Below are positions 9,622-17,593 of a stretch of DNA of 64,000 nt, piece after piece. The DNA comes from an uncultured Desulfospira sp. (GTDB taxonomy: Bacteria > Desulfobacterota > Desulfobacteria > Desulfobacterales > Desulfobacteraceae). A program made the translations under genes and the position numbers. Numbering within the stretch: the first letter of the stretch is position 1; the number at the start of each line of letters is the position of its first letter. The notes below the pieces were generated by a model. The model ran no database searches, was not told the origin of the DNA, and saw nothing but the letters and a program-made list of their open reading frames with translations. The stretch lies in contig OY760175.1 of the NCBI GenBank assembly GCA_963663165.1, positions 3,328,001 to 3,392,000 on the forward strand. The letters run 5' to 3'.

Positions 9622-10356
9622 TTATTTCTTTGCCTTTGCAAAATCATCTTTAGAGGCACCGAAACCCTGGACTTCAATCACAGCATCGGGAATGCCAAGG
9701 TCTTTTCCAAGGATATTGGTGGCGTCAGCCACATTAAGCACCATGTTCACGAAGGCATCTCCGTTTTCTTCCCATCCGTAATCAGAGACTTCTGCAAGGT
9801 ACAATGTTGCCAGCAGTTTGGTTTTGACAATATCGGATTTGAGCAGATAGTTATCAACGCTTGTTTTGGATTCAACCTGCATACCGACCAGTCGTTTGCC
9901 AAGTTCCTTGTAAGCGTCAATTTCCGCCGCCCTTAGTGCGGCAACGGCCCCGGCATTTTTCTGGGTTGAAGTCCCGTACCCGACACGCCTGAACACCTTA
10001 TTTCCCAGATTCATCTGTTCGCCGTCAATATTTTCCATGGACGAAAGTTGGACACAGGCTTCAACTTTGGCAATATCTTTTTTGGAATCATAAACGATAT
10101 TGGTATACTGTATATTTTTTATGAATCCTTCGGTTTTGGTTTCGGTCGTGCTTTGATAATTGGCTGCAATCATGTTTTCTACAGACTCAGTCGCCCTGAT
10201 TTTAAGTCCGTATATGGACTCCACCAAAGAACGGGATGCGACCGCTTTGGCGGCCATGATGCTCATCAGTCTCTTATTTCCCGCCAGGGCAGGCGAAAAA
10301 CAGCCGGATACCAGAACCGATACGATCAGCATCGTTATTGTCTTTTTTTTCATCAT
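9622..10356 (-). CDS. LPP20/FlgP-like exported protein (two LPP20-like segments)
   Basis: 'AAKAVASRSLVESIYGLKI..TESVEN' and 'ALRAAEIDAYKELGKRLVGMQVESKTSVDNY' repeats; signal peptide. Confidence 0.7.
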   Translation of the reverse strand: MMKKKTITMLIVSVLVSGCFSPALAGNKRLMSIMAAKAVASRSLVESIYGLKIRATESVENMIAANYQSTTETKTEGFIKNIQYTNIVYDSKKDIAKVEACVQLSSMENIDGEQMNLGNKVFRRVGYGTSTQKNAGAVAALRAAEIDAYKELGKRLVGMQVESKTSVDNYLLKSDIVKTKLLATLYLAEVSDYGWEENGDAFVNMVLNVADATNILGKDLGIPDAVIEVQGFGASKDDFAKAKK

Positions 10357-10394
10357 GAATGACTCCGCCTTCACTTAAATTGGTTACGCAATGG

Positions 10395-10682
10395 TTATGG
10401 GTTTTTCTTTTCTATATCCTCTGTTCTCGGTCCCGTTTCGATGGTTTTTTCTATAATTTTAACTTTGGGGCCGTTTTCCCCTTCTTTCACATGGGCTTTG
10501 TATTCAATGGTCCCATATTGGGGAATATCAGGAAATTCTTTAATAATATCCTTATTGAGCTGGTCTATATCTTCCACCCGTTGTTCAACATGTTCTTTGT
10601 TGCCGGCCCAAAGCGTCATGGAAAAAGGGCCGGTAGCCAGAACAAAAATCAGGGCCATGATAAATGAGCGATATTTTCCCAT
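10395..10682 (-). CDS. Small secreted hypothetical protein
   Basis: Starts 5 nt after the CsgG-like stop; signal peptide 'FIMALIFVLATGPFSMTLWA', charged mature part. Confidence 0.6.
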   Translation of the reverse strand: MGKYRSFIMALIFVLATGPFSMTLWAGNKEHVEQRVEDIDQLNKDIIKEFPDIPQYGTIEYKAHVKEGENGPKVKIIEKTIETGPRTEDIEKKNP

Positions 10683-10686
10683 GGAT

Positions 10687-12039
10687 TTACCATTCGTCAT
10701 CGCTGAGCATTCTTCCAATACCGGCTCCCGCTTTGATTGCCGGCTTGGGCTGGCTCTTGCTTCCAGGGGATGGCGCACTGGCCGCCGGTGGCGGTGGCTG
10801 GCTTTTGCTGGATGAAGAATAGGCTGGCGCACTGGTGGAGGCGGCCGCGGCACTGGTTGCTGATGGTGCCGGAGGACTTGATTCTACCGGCTGTTGAACC
10901 GTTCCGCCCGCCAGAAGATTGTTCAACTGATATCGCCGTGACAGGGCGGCTTCAGTGATGGGGATTTTTTCATATATGGTCATGAACGTCTTAAAATCAA
11001 CCGTACCCGATGCCGGTGAAAAAGAGGAAGAAATGGATTGAAAGGCCTTGATGGTGGCGGCATCAAGCTGGCCGCTCAAGGGCACGTTATGCCCGTATAA
11101 ATAGGCCCACTGCTGGGCCGCCATGATCTGCTCTGCCGGATTGATGCTGTGGTAATACCGTTTAATCTGCCTGACAACAACCGAATCCGGGGTGGTATCC
11201 TCTCCTAAAAGTGTCCAGTAGGGAAGTGCCAGGTACTTTCCAACCATCTGGATCATGCTGACTTCCACGAGCACCCGGACGGCGGCATGCCGGCCCTGGA
11301 CCTTTTTAACTGACCCCTTTGATCCAAAGGTAGGGCCAAACAGGGTGATGCCGAACTCTTTTTCCTGAAGCGCTTTGCGGACCTCCATACTGTTGATGGT
11401 GTTCATCCGGGGGATGCCAGCCATGGTTTTAAAATCCAGCATGTTAAAATCCAGGGTAATTCTGGCCAGTCCCTGTTTTTCGCTGTCACTGTAATTCAGG
11501 CCCACAGACCCGCTCGGGGTAAAGCTAGGGGCGTTGCTGAAGGTGGCATCCACGCCAAGATCCGTCCCCTCTCCTCTGGTTTCAAGGCCCCGGTCAAATT
11601 CCGTGATCCCCCCGCTGATCACCACCTCGGGAATCAGTTTATCTGAGAAGTCCGAATACCCTGTCACGTTCATGTTCTGGATATAGGCAGGATCGTAGGG
11701 GATATACCGGATATTGCCGCCGATGGAGTTCAGGGCGCTTTTCAGTATTTCTGTAATATCCCGGGGGATTTCCCCCCCTGTTGCCCCGGATGTTCCCGTG
11801 TTGTCCCCGATGGGGTCACTTTGTATTTTCAGCTCTCCCGTATCAAAAATTTCGGTCATCAAACCCAGATCAATCAACGTTTCTGTGTAAGATGTCATTT
11901 TGACTTCAGGACTTGATTCCTCCAATTGGACATTCACTTTGGTTGGCGAAGAGACGCACCCGCTCATTGTTATGCTGATAAATACGACGCATAGTCCTAT
12001 TATCAGCCGCCCTTCCAGCCTTCTAAATCCTTTCATCAT
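10687..12039 (-). CDS. CsgG/HfaB-family outer-membrane lipoprotein with putative peptidoglycan-binding domain and Pro/Ala/Ser tail
   Basis: Lipobox 'MSGC'; 'IGDNTG..GGEIP..ILKSAL', 'ISGGITEFD', 'ITLDF', 'AVRVLVE...VGK...PYW'; 'SGQLDAATIKAFQ' PG-binding-like segment. Confidence 0.75.
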   Translation of the reverse strand: MMKGFRRLEGRLIIGLCVVFISITMSGCVSSPTKVNVQLEESSPEVKMTSYTETLIDLGLMTEIFDTGELKIQSDPIGDNTGTSGATGGEIPRDITEILKSALNSIGGNIRYIPYDPAYIQNMNVTGYSDFSDKLIPEVVISGGITEFDRGLETRGEGTDLGVDATFSNAPSFTPSGSVGLNYSDSEKQGLARITLDFNMLDFKTMAGIPRMNTINSMEVRKALQEKEFGITLFGPTFGSKGSVKKVQGRHAAVRVLVEVSMIQMVGKYLALPYWTLLGEDTTPDSVVVRQIKRYYHSINPAEQIMAAQQWAYLYGHNVPLSGQLDAATIKAFQSISSSFSPASGTVDFKTFMTIYEKIPITEAALSRRYQLNNLLAGGTVQQPVESSPPAPSATSAAAASTSAPAYSSSSKSQPPPPAASAPSPGSKSQPKPAIKAGAGIGRMLSDDEW

Positions 12040-12166
12040 AATTCGCTCCTCAGTCCGACCTTGTTTTAATTGTAATATTGAGGTTTTTCACTAGAACCCA
12101 GACCAGCTATTGTGTTTCGCAAGGGTGTCCCAGGCTGAAATAACAAATGACCCGTTCATAAGAAGC

Positions 12167-12502
12167 CTAATCGGCAACCAGGGTTTTATTCCCCTTACTG
12201 TCGTCAATAATGATAATGTCACCCTTGACGGTACTGCCGGCCCCCATGACAACACTGTTCATGTTTGCGGATTCTGCGCTGCTGCTACCGGTCATGGAAT
12301 CTGCGTTGGTTTGGGCTTTGCTGCGGGCATTCATCTTAATGAAAGTGACGTTTCTATCCTTTTTCCCCAACTCGTCGTATTTTTGAATGGAGTCGTCTGT
12401 ATAAGTTGATATCCCGTCATCAAGATCCCCACTGACAGCAACAACCGGTGCCAGGAATTGAAGCAGGCAAAAAAACATGATTAAAATTTTGATGGATTTC
12501 AT
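12167..12502 (-). CDS. Small secreted protein with one degenerate copy of the 36-aa repeat
   Basis: GGAGG RBS, signal peptide; 'ANMNSVVMGAGSTVKGDIII' resembles 'ANMGSVNVKDSNVKGAVIN' of the upstream gene. Confidence 0.7.
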   Translation of the reverse strand: MKSIKILIMFFCLLQFLAPVVAVSGDLDDGISTYTDDSIQKYDELGKKDRNVTFIKMNARSKAQTNADSMTGSSSAESANMNSVVMGAGSTVKGDIIIIDDSKGNKTLVAD

Positions 12503-12521
12503 TTCAAAATCCTCCCTTATT

Positions 12522-12617
12522 TTATAAGAAAGTCCCACTAACAACTTAAAAAGACTTTCAATATCTATTGCGGACGCTGCTTGGTTGAATAACCACGGCG
12601 GCCCGTGGCCGTTATAA
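12522..12617 (+). repeat. 90-bp REP-like dispersed element, copy 1
   Basis: TTATAAGAAAGTC...AGACTTTC...GCTTGGTTGAATAACCA...CCGTGGCCGTTATAA; TTATAA at both ends. Confidence 0.9.
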
Positions 12618-12801
12618 ACTATCAACGGTAGGCCTGTGACTCACCGTTGAACTGCAGGTATCAAGCCACAGGCCCTGAACTCAAGAAAACGGCCCCAGGG
12701 CAAACAAGCCATAACAGGATTCAGCAGAAAGGCGGTACAAAAACCGATCTGCTGAACCCCTGAATGCTGCTGCCCTGATAATCCGTACAAGTCTGCGCTA
12801 A

Positions 12802-13626
12802 CTATTTGATATCCACAGACCCCATGTTGGCGGTGTTGCCTTTGCCACCGGCAATGTTGGCCGCATTTTCAACATTGGACTGATTGATGACCGCCCCTTT
12901 GACATTGGAATCCTTGACACTGACGGATCCCATGTTGGCGGTATTGTCCTGTCCAACAGCAATGTTGGCCGCATTTTTAACATTGGACTGATTGATGACC
13001 GCCCCTTTGACATTGGATCCCTGGACATTGACAGATCCCATGTTGGCGGTATTGCCCTGGCCTGCGGCAATGTTGGCGGCGTTTTTAACATTGGACTGAT
13101 TGATGACCGCCCCTTTGACATTGGAATCCTTGACATTGACAGACCCCATGTTGGCGGTATTGCCCTGGCCTGCAGCAATGTTGGCCGCATTTTGGACATT
13201 GGATTTATTGATGACCGCGCCCTTGACATTGGATCCCTCGACATTGGTAGACCCCATGTTGGCGGTATTGCCCTGGCCTGCAGCAATGTTGGCCGCATTT
13301 TTAACATTAGACTGATTGATGACCGCCCCTTTGACATTGGAATCCTTGACATTGACAGACCCCATATTGGCCGCATTGTCCTTTCCAGCAGCGATGTTGG
13401 CGGCATTTTCAACATTGGACTTGTTGATTACGGCGCCCTTGACATTGGAGTCCTTAATTTTTACAGATCCCATGTTGGCGGTGTTGTTATCTCCCACAGA
13501 AATGTTGGCGGCATTTTTAACGTCGGATTTGTTGATAACAGCGCCTTTGACATTGGATTCCGCCAGTAAAGTACCCGGCAGCATGACAAACAACGCGATT
13601 AATGACAGTGCAAAAACGTTTTTCAT
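12802..13626 (-). CDS. Secreted tandem-repeat protein (22-aa signal plus 7 x 36-aa repeats), candidate functional amyloid/beta-solenoid fibre subunit
   Basis: Consensus [DG]SNVKGAVIN[KQ]SNVKNAANIAAGQGNTANMGSVNVK; 108-bp DNA periodicity; AAGGAG RBS. Confidence 0.85.
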   Translation of the reverse strand: MKNVFALSLIALFVMLPGTLLAESNVKGAVINKSDVKNAANISVGDNNTANMGSVKIKDSNVKGAVINKSNVENAANIAAGKDNAANMGSVNVKDSNVKGAVINQSNVKNAANIAAGQGNTANMGSTNVEGSNVKGAVINKSNVQNAANIAAGQGNTANMGSVNVKDSNVKGAVINQSNVKNAANIAAGQGNTANMGSVNVQGSNVKGAVINQSNVKNAANIAVGQDNTANMGSVSVKDSNVKGAVINQSNVENAANIAGGKGNTANMGSVDIK

Positions 13627-14044
13627 GATTCTGATCTCCTTTAATTATTAATTGTGGCCGGTATCGGCCTTTTTCAGTCTTGCAATAAAAAATCAATCCA
13701 CCTTCAATATTTATCTGCATCCTGAAAATCGTCTCTATAATCTCCAATTCACAATCAACGTCTTGATAAATATTTAATATTCAGTTGCTTTCCCCTGATG
13801 GTGTCTGTATGCTTTATACAATCAAGCTCACGGCAACCCAAAATCAATAAAAAAAAACGAACGAGGACAAATTAAAAAACAGCTATGCATCCCAAACGAT
13901 CATCGTTTCGCTCAAAAAAAATTTTCATAATTACATAATGATCATCCTAAATAATTCATAAGCGAATGTAAATAAAAAAAGGATAAATTGTGAATAAATT
14001 GTGAATAAAAAATAGATAAACTAGGGACAAAATATGGAGATAAA

Positions 14045-14782
14045 ATGAAATACCGAATTAAAAACAGAGTGTTGCTCATTTTACAGCTTATTTTTATCAG
14101 CAGTCCGGTATGGTTTCCGGTTGCTGCATCCGGCGCCCAAGCGCTTGAGAACTCAACAGGATATCAACTTAGCAGCACCAACCTGGTCCGTACAGATTGT
14201 CTTCAGGGCAACGGAATCCTTAAAAAAGAGAATAGAACCCCCGGTCCGTTCAACAAGGTACACATCAGCGGTGTTTTCAATGTTAAGATCATGCAGCAGG
14301 CCGACCCTTTTTTTGAAATATCCGCAGACGCCAACCTGATTTCAAACATCGAGACCCGTGTTATTGATGGCCAGCTGCAGATTTCTTCAAAAGGCTCTCT
14401 TTGCCCCAAACTGCCCGTCAAAATACAGATCGGTCTGCCCGAACTTGTGGCGCTGCAAGGTGTGGGTGCTGATGATATCAGCGTTTCAAATTTGGATAAT
14501 CAGCAGTTTTCAATCCAGATGGATGGCAGCGGCGATATCAGGGTGACGGGCCGCACCAGAGAATTTCAGGTCATGATGGATGGCGCAGGCAACCTTGATG
14601 CGGGCCAATTCAAGGCCGGCAACGTCTCTATCCGCTCTTCAGGTGCCGGGGATGCACAGATTTTTGCAATAGAAAAAATAGACGCTTATATAGACGGGGC
14701 CGGGGATATCTCACTCCATGGGCAGCCTGAAAAAGTGATTTTCAACTCAGATGGGGTAGGAGAATTAATCCGGGCGGATTAA
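14045..14782 (+). CDS. Head GIN domain (DUF2807) beta-helix protein
   Basis: 'QGNG...E.R..GPFNKV.ISG.F.V' and repeated 'GSGDI/GAGNL/GAGDA/GAGDI' motifs; signal peptide. Confidence 0.85.
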   Translation: MKYRIKNRVLLILQLIFISSPVWFPVAASGAQALENSTGYQLSSTNLVRTDCLQGNGILKKENRTPGPFNKVHISGVFNVKIMQQADPFFEISADANLISNIETRVIDGQLQISSKGSLCPKLPVKIQIGLPELVALQGVGADDISVSNLDNQQFSIQMDGSGDIRVTGRTREFQVMMDGAGNLDAGQFKAGNVSIRSSGAGDAQIFAIEKIDAYIDGAGDISLHGQPEKVIFNSDGVGELIRAD

Positions 14783-14792
14783 AATTATGGGT

Positions 14793-14838
14793 TATGGCCC
14801 CTTTTCCAGGATACAAAGATCCTCCAAAAGGGGCCATA
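14793..14838. terminator. Bidirectional terminator hairpin between convergent genes
   Basis: TATGGCCCCTTTT...AAAAGGGGCCATA. Confidence 0.6.
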
Positions 14839-14849
14839 GACTTGGATCA

Positions 14850-15773
14850 TCAGGGAATCATCCAGATGCTGAATTTTCTGGAGCTGTAGATGATTTTCCG
14901 GGGGATCCGGCCCAGGTCAAAGTTCTCAACCTCTGACCGGCCTTTCCGGCCCATGACCAGGGTATCACACTCCGCTTTCCGGGCCGTGTCCAGAACTGCG
15001 GCGGCCCGGCTTGAGGCGCCCTCAATCAGCCGGGTTTCGATCCGGTCTTCGGAAATGCCCGCCTCAACCAGGACGTCTTTTGACGCTGCCAGAGCCTGTT
15101 CCAGCCTGGAATAGGCCTGGTTGGACATCTCGGCAAAGGGGTCGTCCGTACCGGTAGGTTTGGCGGCCCGCATGACCGCACACAGAAGAATCCGGCAGTC
15201 GAATTTTCCCATGATGCCGGCGGTGAACCGGACGGCCCGCATACTCCCATCGGACCCGTCAACGGCAATACACAGATAATGCTTGATTTCCCGGGTTCCG
15301 GCTACAATCAAAGGAATGGAATCCTGCTTTTCCACAAGTTTTGCCGCCACGCTGCCCATGGTGACCCCGAGGATGGAGTTTTCGGTTCCCCTTCTCCTTA
15401 TGACAAGGGCCTCGTATTCACCGCTTTGGACCTCTTTGAGAATGCCTCTGGTAATTCCCTGGACACACCGCTCAAGCTTGACCTCAATACCGCCGGACTC
15501 AAACCCGGCGGAAATAAGTGCCTTGCGGGTGTTCTCCATGAAATCTGCCATCATTTTCTTCTGGCCCATTTCCCATGCTTTGACCTGGGATACGGCCACT
15601 TTGCTGAAGGCATTACGGCTTAAGTCGTAATAGGTTTCAGGCACCGGCGTGGTTATGTTGAACAGGGTCAGGTGTTTTTCTTTAAACGGTTTGAAGCTGC
15701 AAAGGTAATCAATGGTTCTTTCCGCTCGTTTTGACCCGTCAAGGGTGACCAGTATCTTTTTATCCTCCGACAT
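14850..15773 (-). CDS. Tandem universal stress protein
   Basis: Two USP domains: 'KILVTLDGS', 'MGSVAAKL', 'IAVDGS', 'LVMGRKGRS'. Confidence 0.92.
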   Translation of the reverse strand: MSEDKKILVTLDGSKRAERTIDYLCSFKPFKEKHLTLFNITTPVPETYYDLSRNAFSKVAVSQVKAWEMGQKKMMADFMENTRKALISAGFESGGIEVKLERCVQGITRGILKEVQSGEYEALVIRRRGTENSILGVTMGSVAAKLVEKQDSIPLIVAGTREIKHYLCIAVDGSDGSMRAVRFTAGIMGKFDCRILLCAVMRAAKPTGTDDPFAEMSNQAYSRLEQALAASKDVLVEAGISEDRIETRLIEGASSRAAAVLDTARKAECDTLVMGRKGRSEVENFDLGRIPRKIIYSSRKFSIWMIP

Positions 15774-15804
15774 AAAACCTCCTTTGATGTAGTTGTAAGC
15801 CGAG

Positions 15805-16728
15805 TTACCGGCTGCTCATTAATCGTTTGGGCAAGATGCATTTTCCCATTTCAAAAAACAGGTCCTGTTCTCTGATGACGCCGACAGGGCGGTCGTCTTT
15901 GGTTACAATAAGCCGGCGCTGGTCCTGGTCCACCATGATCCAGACCGCTTCCATGAGCGTGGCCGTGGCGTCAATGGATGTGGGCACGGGAGACATAACC
16001 TCGCTGATGGTCAAGTCACGGATATGCTCAACGCCCTGTGTGAACATGCCCTTCCAGAACATGGGAGAGTACTGAATGGAATCGGCCGTGGCCGGCTTGG
16101 GTGAGTTAAGGTATCCGGGCAGGATCAGTTCAAGCAGGTCCCGGATGGTCAGAATCCCCTGGATCTGCATTTTTTTGTCCATAACCAGCACAGACCGGTG
16201 GCCGGTCTCCATGATCTGGTCCGTGGCCGTGAGGGTGAGAAAGGAGGTTTTAAGCTCCCCTACCGCCTGGGCGATGGTGGCGTCCTCGTTTATGGTGGTA
16301 TAGGCTCCCAAAGGAATCATCACCGACTCCACCAAAGCCTCTTCGGCCCTGCCGGCATGTTTTTTACTCCGGCAGGCCTCACGGATCTTGTCGGACAACA
16401 GATCAATATCACAGGGTTTGGCCAGGTAATCAAAGGCGCCTAAGGCCAAGGCCTGTTCCGCAGAATCCTTGTCTCCATGGCCTGTGAGCATGATCACGGG
16501 CAGATCGGGCTTCATTTTTAACATTTTTTCCAGCACCTCGTGCCCGTCCATGCCGGGCATCCGAATATCCAGAATGACCACGTCCGGAGACTGTTCCAGC
16601 TGGATTAAGGCATCGGCTCCGTTTTCAGCCAGAATGGTTGCAAAACCGTTTCGTTCCAGAATTTTCCGTGTTGTTTCCCTGAACCGCTTTTCATCATCAA
16701 CCATTAATACTTTGATGGAATCTGTCAT
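15805..16728 (-). CDS. Response regulator with C-terminal CBS pair
   Basis: REC 'VLMVDDE..LDIRMP..MLTGHG..KP'; CBS-like 'VMSP', 'RRLIV', 'VGVIREQD'. Confidence 0.9.
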   Translation of the reverse strand: MTDSIKVLMVDDEKRFRETTRKILERNGFATILAENGADALIQLEQSPDVVILDIRMPGMDGHEVLEKMLKMKPDLPVIMLTGHGDKDSAEQALALGAFDYLAKPCDIDLLSDKIREACRSKKHAGRAEEALVESVMIPLGAYTTINEDATIAQAVGELKTSFLTLTATDQIMETGHRSVLVMDKKMQIQGILTIRDLLELILPGYLNSPKPATADSIQYSPMFWKGMFTQGVEHIRDLTISEVMSPVPTSIDATATLMEAVWIMVDQDQRRLIVTKDDRPVGVIREQDLFFEMGKCILPKRLMSSR

Positions 16729-16827
16729 GTTATATACTCCTATTTAAATTTATTTGAAAGCTGTTAATTGTCAGCCCCCCTGATCAGATGACCGCTTTCG
16801 GTATGTGCTGCGGACTGCGGCGGCCGT

Positions 16828-17361
16828 TCATCCATGGCCGATCACCGCCCTTAAAGCGGAATAGATCAGGCACCACTGCACAGGCACGGATATTAAAAGG
16901 ATGCTTAAAACCCGGGACTTTGCCAGGCCGCAGCTCTGTCTGAACCCCGTATACACCAGCCAGTATTTCCATGGCTCTGTAAACCAGAGCATAAAGGGAA
17001 GCCAGGAAATCAGCATGGTGATTCCCGAAGCGTAGGCATAAAGGGCAAACACCAAAGAAAAGCCGTTCTGCCTGCCGCTGATCATCACCATGGCGCAAAA
17101 GCCGGTGATGGAACCAATGACCACCATGCCCACCGCATTGGTAAAATAAATCAATGCCATGATCCCGGGACTCTGGGGGCCAGGCCCCGTGAGCAGGCAG
17201 GCACCGGCAAAAAAACCGCCGCACAGGGCCGCAAATCCCAGGGCAAGGCCCGGGGTATGGACGCTTGGCAGATCCTTAAAGAACAGGACCGGTTCGATGA
17301 GCAGCCGGATCACGGCATGGCTGTAAAATCTCAATGCCTGAAGTGTCCCTGATAGTCTCAT
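16828..17361 (-). CDS. YIP1-family membrane protein
   Basis: 'LLIEPVLFF', 'YAYASG', 'SWLP', 'TEPWK'; start reset to ATG after GGAG RBS. Confidence 0.75.
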   Translation of the reverse strand: MRLSGTLQALRFYSHAVIRLLIEPVLFFKDLPSVHTPGLALGFAALCGGFFAGACLLTGPGPQSPGIMALIYFTNAVGMVVIGSITGFCAMVMISGRQNGFSLVFALYAYASGITMLISWLPFMLWFTEPWKYWLVYTGFRQSCGLAKSRVLSILLISVPVQWCLIYSALRAVIGHG

Positions 17362-17432
17362 TGGCTTTCTCCTTTGGTGCCGGGGCAGCTTCTGCCCCGG
17401 GCGCTGAACTGTGTTGCACATATCCATGGGCG

Positions 17433-17570
17433 TCATAGCAGCCGGGCCGCAATCCCTGCCCCGAGCATGACCAGTGTCATGTAAAAAAAGGCCCGCCGTT
17501 CCGCTTGTTTTGAAAAGTAAATTCTGCTGTTGGCCTTTTTAGCCGTTATGGTGCTTTTCCTGTGTCTCAT
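17433..17570 (-). CDS. Small (45 aa) single-TM protein, below ORF-track cutoff
   Basis: GGAG RBS; MRHRK...ERRAFFYMTLVMLGAGIAARLL*; lies between the DASS and YIP1 genes. Confidence 0.6.
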   Translation of the reverse strand: MRHRKSTITAKKANSRIYFSKQAERRAFFYMTLVMLGAGIAARLL

Positions 17571-17593
17571 GGGTTTCTCCTTTCAGCTTCGGG

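Noticed and set aside
12798..13415. 205-aa alternative-frame ORF and antisense ORFs over the repeat gene
   Set aside because: Open frames are a by-product of the 108-bp repeat; only the 13626 frame has an RBS and signal peptide
12802..13626. Calling the repeat gene csgA or fapC
   Set aside because: Repeat length and motif differ from curlin (~22 aa, QxGxxN) and lack the Fap NQQ motif and linkers; no csgE/F or fapD/F recognised
13661..13687. Sigma28 promoter for the repeat gene (GCCGATAC on minus strand)
   Set aside because: No TAAA-like -35 at the required spacing
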